This document shows, one piece after another, positions 27,627 to 38,905 of a DNA stretch of 64,000 nucleotides; the stretch's first letter is position 1, and each line of letters opens with the position of its first letter. The DNA comes from Acidimicrobiales bacterium. Lineage in GTDB: Bacteria; Actinomycetota; Acidimicrobiia; Acidimicrobiales; AC-14. The notes below the pieces were generated by a model, which was not told where the DNA came from, searched no databases, and was given only the letters and a program-made list of their open reading frames with translations. Location of the stretch: positions 2,912 to 66,911 of the forward strand of contig JBBSHU010000003.1 in assembly GCA_038232455.1 (NCBI GenBank). The letters run 5' to 3'. The position numbers and the translations under genes were made by a program.

Positions 27627-29147
27627 GTGTCACCCACGAGATCGGCCACCGAGCGTGAGGTCAAGCTCGGGGCGCGGGCCGGATTTCGCCTTCCCGATCT
27701 CGACGGCGTGTTCGAGGGTGTGACGTCGGCCCCGCTGGCCGAGCGCGACCTCAAGGCGGTGTACTACGACACTGACGACCTCCGCCTGGCGCGGTGGGGC
27801 GTCACCGTGCGCCATCGCACGGGCGAAGGCACGGTCTGGACGGTGAAGCTCCCCGAGGGGGAGGAAGGCCCCGCCCTCGTGCGGCGGGAGGTGAGTTGCG
27901 ACGGCCCCGCCGACACGGTTCCCGACGAGGCCCTCGGCCTGGTCCGTGCCTACCTGCGGCAAGAGCCTCTCGTGGTCGTCGCCCACATCCACACCAAGAG
28001 GTCGGGGGTGGTCCTGAGCGATGTCGAGGGCCAGCAGGTGGCCGAGGTGGTCGACGACGAGGTGTCGGTGCTCCACGGCGGCCGGGTGGCCGCCCGCTTT
28101 CGCGAGGTGGAGGTCGAAGTCGCCGATCGGGCCGCGTCCGGTCTGATCCACGCGGTTGTCGGGCGGCTCCGTGAAGCCGGGGCCGGCAAGCCCGACGCAA
28201 CGCCGAAGTTGGTGCGCGCCCTGGGCGAGCGAGCCCTGGAACCCGCAGAGTTGTCGGGCGTCGAGCTCGGTGAGGAGCCCACCGCCGCCGACGTGATCCG
28301 GGCGACCATGGTGGAGTCGGTCACGCGGATCCTGCGCCACGACGCCGGCGTTCGCCTCGGCGACGACCCCGAGGACATCCACCAGGCGCGCGTCGGCACC
28401 CGCCGTCTGCGCTCCGACCTGCGAACGTTCGCTCCCCTGCTCGACGACGAATGGGTCAAGTCTCTGCGCCGCGACCTCAAGTGGCTGGGCGGCGAGCTGG
28501 GAGCCGTACGCGACGCCGACGTGTTGGCCGAGCGGCTGAGGAAGCAGGCCGACGCCCTTCCTGAGCGCGACGGTGCCGGCCTGGCCCCGCTGTACCGCCG
28601 GTTGGCCAAGGAACGCGAGGAAGCGGGCACCCGGCTGCTCGCGGCCATGTCGGGCGACCGTTACGTCGACCTGCTCGACCGCCTGGTCTCCGGTGCCAGT
28701 GCCCCGGAGGTGCGCCGGGAGGCCGACGGGCCCGCCCGCCGGGTCGTGCCCGACTTGGTGGGCCGCCCGTGGCGTCACCTCAAGAAGGTGGTCGGCCAAC
28801 TGCCGTCGGAGCCTTCCGACGCCGAGCTCCATGAGGTTCGCATCCGGACCAAGCGCACCCGGTACGCCGTGGAAGCGGCCATCCCCGCGGTCGGTGGCGG
28901 GGCGAGGAAGTTCGCCAAGTCGCTGGCCCGTCTGCAGGCCGTGCTGGGTGACCATCAGGATGCGGTCGTCGCCGAGGAGTGGCTACGCAAGGCGGCCAGC
29001 GAGGCCGGCGGGGCGAGTGCGGCCGAAGCTTTGGCGGCAGGCGAGCTCATCGCCGTACAGCGGGCCGAGGAGGCCACCAGCCGGGCCGCCTGGCCGGCAG
29101 CCTGGAAGAAGGTGACCCAGAAGAGGCGGCGGTCGGGGCTTGGGTGA
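27627..29147 (+). CDS. CYTH (triphosphate tunnel metalloenzyme) plus CHAD domain protein
   Basis: N-terminal EREVKL (ExExK), then CHAD motifs IHQARVGTRRLRSDLR, LHEVRIRTKRTRYAVE and LGDHQD. Confidence 0.9.
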   Translation: MSPTRSATEREVKLGARAGFRLPDLDGVFEGVTSAPLAERDLKAVYYDTDDLRLARWGVTVRHRTGEGTVWTVKLPEGEEGPALVRREVSCDGPADTVPDEALGLVRAYLRQEPLVVVAHIHTKRSGVVLSDVEGQQVAEVVDDEVSVLHGGRVAARFREVEVEVADRAASGLIHAVVGRLREAGAGKPDATPKLVRALGERALEPAELSGVELGEEPTAADVIRATMVESVTRILRHDAGVRLGDDPEDIHQARVGTRRLRSDLRTFAPLLDDEWVKSLRRDLKWLGGELGAVRDADVLAERLRKQADALPERDGAGLAPLYRRLAKEREEAGTRLLAAMSGDRYVDLLDRLVSGASAPEVRREADGPARRVVPDLVGRPWRHLKKVVGQLPSEPSDAELHEVRIRTKRTRYAVEAAIPAVGGGARKFAKSLARLQAVLGDHQDAVVAEEWLRKAASEAGGASAAEALAAGELIAVQRAEEATSRAAWPAAWKKVTQKRRRSGLG

Positions 29148-29164
29148 CGAGGAGGCGGCGGCAC

Positions 29165-29557
29165 ATGGATGAGGTCGTGCAGGCGGCGGGTGGGGTCGTG
29201 TGGCGCCACGGACCCGGCGGCGTGGAGATCCTCCTCGTCCATCGACCGAAGTACGACGACTGGAGCCTTCCCAAGGGCAAGCTCGACGCCGGCGAGACCT
29301 CGGAGGCGGCGGCGCTGAGGGAGGTCGAGGAGGAGACGGGGATGCGCTGTTCGCTCGGTGACGAGTTGCCGCCGGTCACCTACGCCGACCGCCACGGACG
29401 GGCCAAAATCGTGCGCTATTGGGCCATGGAGCCCGTGGGTGGGAAGTTCGCCCCCAACCACGAGGTCGACGAGGTGCGCTGGGTCACACCGGCGGGAGCC
29501 GGCGCTCTGCTGTCCTACGCCCGCGACAAGCGGGTCACCGAATCGCTGTCGGTCTGA
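29165..29557 (+). CDS. NUDIX hydrolase (MutT1 N-domain-like)
   Basis: Nudix box GKLDAGETSEAAALREVEEETG; 130 aa. Confidence 0.9.
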   Translation: MDEVVQAAGGVVWRHGPGGVEILLVHRPKYDDWSLPKGKLDAGETSEAAALREVEEETGMRCSLGDELPPVTYADRHGRAKIVRYWAMEPVGGKFAPNHEVDEVRWVTPAGAGALLSYARDKRVTESLSV

Positions 29558-29577
29558 CGTTCTACGATTTCGCGCCA

Positions 29578-30042
29578 ATGACCGTCTACCTCGTTCGCCA
29601 CGGCAAAGCCGGCAGTCGCCACGACTGGAACGGTCCCGACGACGAGCGCCCGCTGAGCAAGCGGGGGCGGCGTCAGGCGGAGGCGTTGGTCGACCTGCTC
29701 GCCGATCGCGGCATCGTGAGCGTGTTCTCCAGCCCGTCGGTTCGCTGCGTCCAGACGGTGGAGCCCCTGGCCGACAAGCTCGGGCTGGGAATTGATCTCC
29801 GTGTCGAGTTGGGCGAGGGCACGGCGAAGGACGATGTTGCCGGGTTCGTCGGTGATCTGCTCTCCACGACCGCGGCGGTGTGCAGTCACGGCGACATGAT
29901 CCCGATCATCCTCGAAGTGCTGGCGACCGATCACGGACTCGAGCTCCCCGACGACTACCCGTGTGCCAAGGGGTCGGTCTGGGCACTGGTCGACGACGGG
30001 TCAGGCCGGATGGCGGCCAAGTACCTCCCGCCACCGGGATAG
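29578..30042 (+). CDS. sixA: histidine phosphatase family protein (SixA-like)
   Basis: VYLVRHGKA (RHG catalytic motif), RPLSKRGRRQA and CSHGDMIP. Confidence 0.85.
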   Translation: MTVYLVRHGKAGSRHDWNGPDDERPLSKRGRRQAEALVDLLADRGIVSVFSSPSVRCVQTVEPLADKLGLGIDLRVELGEGTAKDDVAGFVGDLLSTTAAVCSHGDMIPIILEVLATDHGLELPDDYPCAKGSVWALVDDGSGRMAAKYLPPPG

Positions 30043-30275
30043 GTCCGCCGACTCAGTGAGGGAGGGGGGACTCGACGCGAGCGCGTCAGTCAGCGTCACC
30101 CTCTGCCCGAATGTCTCCGTCTTCACCCGAACTGATCCGCCCATAGCACTCACCGCCTCAACAACTACCCCAATCCGGAAGACCTTCTGCGCAGGAAGAG
30201 TTCCCGGTCTACTGGTAAAAGCCGGTCACGGCGCTTGGTCCTCCTTCGACCTTCCATCGCGAGCAGACTGCGATC

Positions 30276-31244
30276 GTGCGCCCCCGTGACGCCTCCGTGA
30301 TCGATCTTCTCGTCGTCCTCGCCCTACCGGTCCTGCTTGTCCTGTCGGCGTGCGGCGGCAGCCAACCCGACCGCACCGCTGGGCCGGCGACGTCTGCGAC
30401 CCTCCCCGCGACGGAGCGTCAGACGATCACCTGGGACGGGCAGAGCCGAACCTACCTACTGCACCGCCCGGCGGGCCAGGCGCCGGGCCGCCGTCCTCCT
30501 CTGGTCATCGTGCTCCACGGCGCTTCCGTCACCGCCGAGCAGACGGAGCGCTACTACCGCTGGGACCCCCTGGCCGATGCCAGTGGATTCGTCGTCGCCT
30601 ACCCGCAAGGAATCAACAACGCCTGGAACGCCGGTTCGTGCTGCGGCGACGCCCCCAATCGCGGCACCGACGACATCGGGTTCATCAACGCGGTGATGAC
30701 CGATGCCTCCGAACGTACCGACGCCGACCCGTCGCGCCGGTATCTCACCGGAGTGTCTAACGGGGCCATGATGACCGTGCGCTACCAGTGCCAGCGGCCG
30801 GAGCAGCTGGCGGCGATCGGTTCGGTGGCAGGAACATTCACCTCGCCGTGTGACCAGCCGCCGCCGGTTCCCTTCATCGCCATCCATGGCGTCGACGATC
30901 AGGTCGTGTCATTTGCCCAGAGCTCAAACACCGCAGAAGCCGGCTCCCGCATGCGTCTTCCTGCCGTCGAGATGGTCGCCCGCTTCCTCGCAGCCGACCG
31001 TTGCCATGATCCGGTGACACGGTCGGCCGGTCCGGTCCACACCCAAACGGCGTCCTGCGACCCGGGGCTCGACGTCGAAGTGATCACCATCGACGGCGCC
31101 GGCCATCAGTGGCCCGGGGCCACGATTGATGGCGCCCGCCTGGCGATGGACGGTCCACGCAACCAGCCGAGCAAGGCGATCGACGCGACGGCCGAGCTGT
31201 GGTCGTTCTTCGCGGCCCACCCGCCCTCTCCGACCGGACGGTGA
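30276..31244 (+). CDS. PHB-depolymerase-family esterase lipoprotein (LpqC-like)
   Basis: Lipobox LVLSAC. PLVIVLHG..., AYPQG...WNAGSCCG, GVSNGAMM (G-x-S-x-G) and IAIHGVDD. Confidence 0.8.
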   Translation: MRPRDASVIDLLVVLALPVLLVLSACGGSQPDRTAGPATSATLPATERQTITWDGQSRTYLLHRPAGQAPGRRPPLVIVLHGASVTAEQTERYYRWDPLADASGFVVAYPQGINNAWNAGSCCGDAPNRGTDDIGFINAVMTDASERTDADPSRRYLTGVSNGAMMTVRYQCQRPEQLAAIGSVAGTFTSPCDQPPPVPFIAIHGVDDQVVSFAQSSNTAEAGSRMRLPAVEMVARFLAADRCHDPVTRSAGPVHTQTASCDPGLDVEVITIDGAGHQWPGATIDGARLAMDGPRNQPSKAIDATAELWSFFAAHPPSPTGR

Positions 31245-31551
31245 CCAGGGCGGGGCCTCATCTGATTTGGCTTGAGGCCGTCGAGGCGCTCCTGGCGACC
31301 TTCGTGGTCAGGAACGCAAAACGATGGGCACTTACTCGAAGACTCCGTAACCTGGCTCGGAGCCGCAGTAGTTCCAGCCGTCACGATGGCCGCAGTCGAC
31401 CAGTTGTAGGTGCCATAGTCCGTCGAGATGAACGCCGGGCAATCGGCGTGCAGGAAGAAGACTCGGCGCTGGCCGCAACCGGCGTCAGGCGGTCCGTGAA
31501 CGGGCGTTCGATCCGCTGCATGCCCGGGTCGGCCGAATTCGACACGCGTTG

Positions 31552-31631
31552 CCGTGTGCCAAGGGGGTCTGGGAGCTGTCGACGACGGGTCAGGTCGGAT
31601 GACGGCCGAATATCTGGCGCCGCCGGGATAG
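31552..31631 (+). pseudogene. displaced, decayed copy of the sixA 3' end
   Basis: Manual alignment to 29959-30042 gives about 70 of 80 aligned positions identical, with a 3-nt gap and a 1-nt gap. It ends in the same ...CCGGGATAG stop context, and the reading frame is broken by the 1-nt gap. Confidence 0.6.
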
Positions 31632-31664
31632 TTCGGACTTCGCGCTCCGTTGAAACCCGTGAGA

Positions 31665-31934
31665 TCAGGTGGGCTTCTCGGCGACCTCCTCGGCCAGGTC
31701 GGCCATTGTCTCCTGACCACTGAAGGTGTCCCGCCCCTCCTCGCGACCGGGCGGCGCGGCGTTGGCCGTCTCATAGGCCGCCCCCTCGGTATTGTCGGGC
31801 CCCTTGTCGAGCGTGACATTCGCCCCGCAGTGGGGGCAGGTCACCAGCCCGATTTCGATGTTGGCGGCGTGTTGGCCCATCTCGCTGGGGAGATCCTTGC
31901 CGCAGCTCGGGCACGTCTGTTCGGACATCTGCAT
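31665..31934 (-). CDS. small zinc-ribbon protein
   Basis: MQMSEQTCPSCGKDL...VTCPHCGANV (two CxxC pairs) with an acidic tail. SD gaggtg lies upstream. The start is either 31934 or 31928. Confidence 0.5.
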   Translation of the reverse strand: MQMSEQTCPSCGKDLPSEMGQHAANIEIGLVTCPHCGANVTLDKGPDNTEGAAYETANAAPPGREEGRDTFSGQETMADLAEEVAEKPT

Positions 31935-31988
31935 CACCTCGATACAGGCGCTACCCACGCGGAGGCCGTCCCCAAACGGCCACCTACC

Positions 31989-32855
31989 ATGACGACCATG
32001 GATGCAATCCGTTCGCCGGACCAAGTCCAGGCCGCCCTTCGCGCCCAGGACTACCTGGCCGACCGGGGCCTGGCAACTGCGGTGTTCCTCGCCTTGTCCC
32101 TGGGTCGGCCCCTTCTCCTCGAGGGTGAGGCGGGCGTGGGAAAGACCGAGGTGGCCAAGGCGCTGGCCGCCATGCTCGACGTCGAGCTCATCCGCCTCCA
32201 GTGCTACGAGGGCATCGACGCCAGCCAGGCCCTCTACGAATGGGACTACGCCCGCCAGCTTCTGGCCATCCGGGCTGCACCGGGCGAGGCCGCCGTTGCC
32301 GACCTGTTCAGTCCCGACTTCCTCGTCGAACGCCCGCTCCTCAAGGCCCTGCGTGCGGGAGACCGGGCGGTGTTGCTGATCGACGAGGTCGACAGGGCCG
32401 ACGACGAGTTCGAGGCTTTCCTGCTCGAGGTGCTCTCCGACTTCCAGGTCACCGTTCCCGAGCTGGGCACGATCCAAGCCGAGCGCCCGCCCCTCGTGAT
32501 CGTCACGTCCAACCGCACCCGAGACCTCCACGATGCCGTCAAGCGTCGCTGTCTGTACCACTGGATCGACTATCCGGACCTGCGACACGAAGTGGCGATC
32601 GTGACCGTTCGGGTTCCCGATGTACCCGCCGCCCTGGCCACCAAGGTCGCCGGTGCGGTGGCACGCCTGCGGAGCATGGACCTGGTCAAGCGGCCGGGCG
32701 TGGCCGAGACCATCGACTGGGTCAGGGCCCTCGCCGCACTGGGTGCCGGCGAGCTCGACGCGGACGCGGCGCGCGACACCCTCGGCGTCGTGGTGAAGGA
32801 CCACGACGACCTGACCGTGGTGACCGAACGCGTGAGTGAGATTGTCGACGGTTGA
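31989..32855 (+). CDS. coxD: MoxR-type AAA+ ATPase, CoxD-like
   Basis: Walker A LLEGEAGVGKTE, Walker B VLLIDEVDRA, and SNRTRDLHDAVKRRC. Position in the CODH cluster. Confidence 0.9.
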   Translation: MTTMDAIRSPDQVQAALRAQDYLADRGLATAVFLALSLGRPLLLEGEAGVGKTEVAKALAAMLDVELIRLQCYEGIDASQALYEWDYARQLLAIRAAPGEAAVADLFSPDFLVERPLLKALRAGDRAVLLIDEVDRADDEFEAFLLEVLSDFQVTVPELGTIQAERPPLVIVTSNRTRDLHDAVKRRCLYHWIDYPDLRHEVAIVTVRVPDVPAALATKVAGAVARLRSMDLVKRPGVAETIDWVRALAALGAGELDADAARDTLGVVVKDHDDLTVVTERVSEIVDG

Positions 32856-33957
32856 GGAGTCGCTCGTCGGCTTCGGCCGGGCGCTGCGTGCCGACGGCGT
32901 CACCGTTGGCACCGGCCAGTTGGCCTCCTATTGCGAGGCCGTGGCCCGGCTCGACCTCTCCGATGGCGAGGATGTCTACTGGGCAGGCCGGTCCTGCCTG
33001 GTGTCCCGCCGGGAAGACATTGCAAAGTATGATGCCATCTTCAAACGATGGTTTATTGACAGTGGTCGGCAATCTGAAGTGCGGATCAGCGGGATGCTGC
33101 GCCGGTTCTCCGTCGCCCTTCCGGGCGATCCGCCCAACGGCCCGAGGGTGCCGCCCGAAGTGCGCGAGGACGGTCCTCGCGGTTCGGTGGCGTCGGCCGC
33201 TGAACTGCTCCGGCGAAAGCGTTTCGCCGACTGCACCCCCGCCGAGCTCGCCGCCCTCCGCTCCCTCATGGCCCGGGTGCAGTTGGTCACCCCGTCCCGC
33301 CGCTCTCGCCGGACCGCTCCGTCGACGAGCGGTCGCTCCACCGACTTGCGCCGGAGCATCCGGCGATCGCTTCGTACCGAAGGCGAGATCCTCCGCCTGT
33401 GCCGTCGCGACCGCCAGCTCTGCCACCGCCGCCTGGTCCTGCTGCTCGACGTCTCCGGGTCGATGTCGGACTACTCCCGTGCGCTCCTGCAGTTCGCCCA
33501 CTCGGCCACCCGGGCTGGGCGAGTGCCGACCGAGGTTTTCTGCTTCGGCACTCGGTTGACCCGGGTGACCCACGAGTTGCGCCACCACCGTGCCGACCAA
33601 GCCCTGGACAAAGCGGCCGAGGCGGTCGTCGACTGGGAGGGCGGCACGCGCATCGGCGACTCGGTCGGCACGTTCCTCCGCATGTGGGGCCGCCGTGGCC
33701 TGGCGCGCGGGGCGGTCGTGGTCATCTGCTCTGATGGGCTCGACCGGAGTGACCCACAGCTGTTGGCCGCGGAGATGGCCAGGCTCAGTCGCCTCGCCCA
33801 CCGGGTGGTGTGGGTCAACCCCTTAAAAGGAGACCCCCGCTACGAGCCCCTGGCAAGGGGGATGAGCGCCGCTCTGCCCTTCGTCGACGCGTTCCTGGCC
33901 GGCCACAACCTTTCCAGCCTGGAAGCCTTGGCGGAATTGTTACCGCAGTTGGTCTGA
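32836..33957 (+). CDS. coxE: VWA-domain protein, CoxE-like
   Basis: GTG 32836 overlaps the coxD end. MIDAS LLLDVSGSMSDYS and VVWVNPLKGDPRYEPLARGM, typical of CoxE/VWA_CoxE. Confidence 0.85.
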   Translation: MRLSTVEESLVGFGRALRADGVTVGTGQLASYCEAVARLDLSDGEDVYWAGRSCLVSRREDIAKYDAIFKRWFIDSGRQSEVRISGMLRRFSVALPGDPPNGPRVPPEVREDGPRGSVASAAELLRRKRFADCTPAELAALRSLMARVQLVTPSRRSRRTAPSTSGRSTDLRRSIRRSLRTEGEILRLCRRDRQLCHRRLVLLLDVSGSMSDYSRALLQFAHSATRAGRVPTEVFCFGTRLTRVTHELRHHRADQALDKAAEAVVDWEGGTRIGDSVGTFLRMWGRRGLARGAVVVICSDGLDRSDPQLLAAEMARLSRLAHRVVWVNPLKGDPRYEPLARGMSAALPFVDAFLAGHNLSSLEALAELLPQLV

Positions 33958-33972
33958 ATCCTTACCACTGCG

Positions 33973-34001
33973 TTGACCCCGCTGACGGGCATGCGTATAT
34001 T
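33973..34001 (+). promoter_or_regulatory. near-consensus sigma-70-type promoter for coxMSL
   Basis: TTGACC (33973-33978), 17-nt spacer, TATATT (33996-34001). The predicted leader is ~130 nt to coxM ATG 34140. Confidence 0.5.
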
Positions 34002-34139
34002 CGGCTTGTCAGTCTGCCGGACGCGAAGGAGGCATTGGCGGGCCAGCACGACGGTGAATCCCGCAGGGTGGAACCACCGCTGTCGCTTCTGTCTCTTGCG
34101 CCCGGCCCACGCCGGCGCTGTCCCTTTTTCGGAGGTGAG

Positions 34140-35009
34140 ATGTTCCCGGCCAACTTCGACTACGTCGCTCCCACCACGGTCAACGAGGCGGTGAAGCTCC
34201 TCGCTGAGCATGGCGAGGACGCCAAGGTCCTCGCCGGTGGCCAGAGCTTGATCCCCCTCATGAAGCTGCGATTCGCCGCCCCTCTGTTGCTCATCGACAT
34301 CAATCGCATTGAAGGTCTAGACGACATAACGCTCGACAAGGCCGGCACGCTGCGCATAGGCGCGCTGGTGCGCAACCGGGCCCTGGAGCGTTCCGACCTG
34401 CTGAAGAAGAAGTACCCGACGATGGCCGCCGCAGCGCCGCTCATTTCCGACCCGATCGTGCGAAACCAGGGCACCTTCGTCGGATCGCTCTGCCACGCCG
34501 ACCCCCAGGGTGACTGGGGTTCGGTGATGCTCGCCCTCGGTGGCGAGATCGTGGCCCGCAGCACCAAGAGCACGCGCCGCATCCCCATCACCAAGTTCTT
34601 CGACGGCCCGTTCACCAGCGTGCTGCGGCCCGACGAACTGGCGGTGGGGGCTACCGTGGTCGACCCCGGCCCGAGGTCGTTCGGCACCTACCTGAAGCTG
34701 GAGCGCAAGGTCGGCGACTTCGCAACCGTCGGCGTGGCCGTGTTCGTGTCGACCGAGCGGGGCGTGGTGCGCCGGGCCGGCATCGGCCTCACCGGCGTGG
34801 GACCCGGCAACATCAAGGCCACCGAGGCCGAGCAGGCTCTGGTCGGCGCCCGCCTCAGTGCGAAGACGATTACCGAGGCCGCCCGACTGGCGGCCGCCGC
34901 CAGCGATCCCCAGACCGATGTTCGAGGAAGCGCAGACTATAAGCGCGACATAGTGCGGGTGTTCGTCGAGCGGGGCCTCACCCAATCCACGTCAGTCAAG
35001 GCTGCGTAG
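34140..35009 (+). CDS. coxM: CO dehydrogenase medium (FAD-binding) subunit
   Basis: [21 protein letters not shown]...[17 protein letters not shown], and the FAD_binding_5/CO_deh_flav_C pattern ...[11 protein letters not shown] ggaggtg lies upstream. Confidence 0.95.
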   Translation: MFPANFDYVAPTTVNEAVKLLAEHGEDAKVLAGGQSLIPLMKLRFAAPLLLIDINRIEGLDDITLDKAGTLRIGALVRNRALERSDLLKKKYPTMAAAAPLISDPIVRNQGTFVGSLCHADPQGDWGSVMLALGGEIVARSTKSTRRIPITKFFDGPFTSVLRPDELAVGATVVDPGPRSFGTYLKLERKVGDFATVGVAVFVSTERGVVRRAGIGLTGVGPGNIKATEAEQALVGARLSAKTITEAARLAAAASDPQTDVRGSADYKRDIVRVFVERGLTQSTSVKAA

Positions 35010-35022
35010 GCGAGGAGAAGCG

Positions 35023-35520
35023 ATGACTCAGTTCAGCGTCACGGTCAACGGTCAGAAATGGGAGGACGACATCGAGGCCCGGTTGCTGCTCGTGCACTTC
35101 CTCCGGGACAATCTCGTTCTTCAGGGCACCCACGTCGGCTGCGACACCACGAGCTGCGGAGCCTGCACCGTCCTCGTCGACGGGCTGCCGGTCAAGTCCT
35201 GCACCATGTTTGCCGTCCAGACCGATGGGCGTGAGATCACCACCGTCGAAGGCCTGAAGCAGAACGGCGAGCTCGACCCCATCCAGGTCGGCTTCAAAGA
35301 GGAGCACGGCCTCCAGTGTGGGTTCTGCACCCCCGGGATGATGTTGGTGAGCAGGGCCCTCCTGGACGAGAACCCGGACCCGTCCGAGGAGGAGATCCGC
35401 TGGGCCCTGTCCGGCAATCTCTGCCGGTGCACGGGGTACCAGAACATAGTGAAGGCCGTGCAGCACGCGGCCGAGGCCATGAAACCCGAGCCCGAGCCCG
35501 CCCTGTCCCGCCGCAAGTAG
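35023..35520 (+). CDS. coxS: CO dehydrogenase small ([2Fe-2S]) subunit
   Basis: [20 protein letters not shown] and NLCRCTGY cluster-binding motifs. Confidence 0.95.
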   Translation: MTQFSVTVNGQKWEDDIEARLLLVHFLRDNLVLQGTHVGCDTTSCGACTVLVDGLPVKSCTMFAVQTDGREITTVEGLKQNGELDPIQVGFKEEHGLQCGFCTPGMMLVSRALLDENPDPSEEEIRWALSGNLCRCTGYQNIVKAVQHAAEAMKPEPEPALSRRK

Positions 35521-35533
35521 AGGAGACCCCTTC

Positions 35534-37903
<2,370 letters not shown>

Positions 37904-37912
37904 TCGTCGTTC

Positions 37913-38905
37913 GTGTCCGACCTCGAGGCCGATGAAGCCGGGCTTCGGCAACGACGGGAGGCCTTCGTGCGAGCGACGGTGGTCTGGACCCACCGACCAG
38001 TGTCGGCCGCCCCCGGGGACAAGGCCATCGTCACGGCCGATGGTCGGCTGCGCGGGTGGGTGGGCGGATCGTGCGCCGAGCCGATCGTGGTGCGCGAGGC
38101 CCGGCGTGCCCTGGAGGCGGGCACACCTCGTCTGCTGCGCCTCGGGCCGGGCCAGGCGGTATGCGACGACGATGGCGTGGTGACGGCCCCGGTGAACTGC
38201 GCCAGCGAGGGATCGCTGCACGTCTTCCTGGAACCGGTCCTGCCGCCCCTCCATCTGGTCGTAGTCGGCCGCTCTCCGTTGACCCGCGCCCTGGTCGGCA
38301 TGGCCGCCGTGCTCGGGTGGCGCACCGTCGTGGTCGAGCGTGACGACGACGACGCCGCCGACCTGTCGGAGCTCTCGGCCGCCGGTGGATCCATCGTGAC
38401 CGATCTCGACTTGGCCAAGGCTGAAGTCGATGCGTCGTCGTTCGTGGTGGTTGCCACCATGGGTCGCTACGACGAGGAAGCCCTGGAAGCGGCGCTGGCC
38501 ACCGACGCCCGCCACATCGCACTGGTGGCCTCCAGCCGGCGCGCCGAGGTCGTGCTGGACGGTCTTCGGGCGTCGGGGGTCGCCGAGGACTGCCTGGTTC
38601 GGGTGAAGAGCCCGGCCGGCCTGGCCCTCGGCGACCTGAGTCACGAGGAGACGGCGGTGGCCATCCTGGCCGAGATCGTGCAGGTGCGGAACGTCCTACC
38701 GGGTCCTGGGACGACCGGCTCCGTGCCCGAACGCACTCCCGCCGACGCTGTGGCAGAGGCGGTCGACCCGGTATGCGCCATGACGGTGACGATCGGCGCC
38801 ACCTCCGTCCGCCTCGACCTCGGCGGTAACACGTACTGGTTCTGCGGCCGCGGCTGCCGTCGACGATTCGAGAGCGACCCCGACCGCTGGCTCGCGTCGC
38901 CATGA
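37913..38905 (+). CDS. XdhC/CoxI-family maturation protein fused to a C-terminal YHS domain
   Basis: XdhC_CoxI N-domain (ATVVWTHRPVSAAPGDKAIV...WVGGSCAE), Rossmann-like VVVGRSPLTRAL, and a C-terminal DPVCAMTV...YWFCGRGCRRRFESDPDRW (YHS/TRASH-like). Confidence 0.8.
   Translation: MSDLEADEAGLRQRREAFVRATVVWTHRPVSAAPGDKAIVTADGRLRGWVGGSCAEPIVVREARRALEAGTPRLLRLGPGQAVCDDDGVVTAPVNCASEGSLHVFLEPVLPPLHLVVVGRSPLTRALVGMAAVLGWRTVVVERDDDDAADLSELSAAGGSIVTDLDLAKAEVDASSFVVVATMGRYDEEALEAALATDARHIALVASSRRAEVVLDGLRASGVAEDCLVRVKSPAGLALGDLSHEETAVAILAEIVQVRNVLPGPGTTGSVPERTPADAVAEAVDPVCAMTVTIGATSVRLDLGGNTYWFCGRGCRRRFESDPDRWLASP

Noticed and set aside
25627-27633. 668-aa minus-strand ORF
   Set aside because: It is antisense to ppk1, which has textbook motifs. 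It also runs through the palindromic spacer.
31106-31819. 237-aa minus-strand ORF across the 31245-31664 gap (contains FFLHADCPAFISTDYGTYNWSTAAIVT with locally coding-like third positions)
   Set aside because: It overlaps the esterase 3' end and the zinc-ribbon gene and has no plausible start inside the gap. The codon bias fades after ~30 codons. It is most likely decayed or shadow sequence within the island junction, and no family could be assigned.
33810-34139. N-terminal extension of coxM (ORF 33810..35009, or TTG 34035 after gaaggagg)
   Set aside because: CoxM-family proteins begin at M-(I/F)-P-x-x-F-x-Y, which is exactly ATG 34140 with its own SD. The extension would run through the predicted promoter, and the TTG lies only 2 nt from the decoy SD.
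34002-34139. Calling the coxM leader (and the moaE spacer 47524-47632) a Moco riboswitch
   Set aside because: I cannot reproduce the Moco motif consensus from memory well enough to align it. Only generic hairpins are visible. These are reported as candidate leaders, not as an ncRNA feature.
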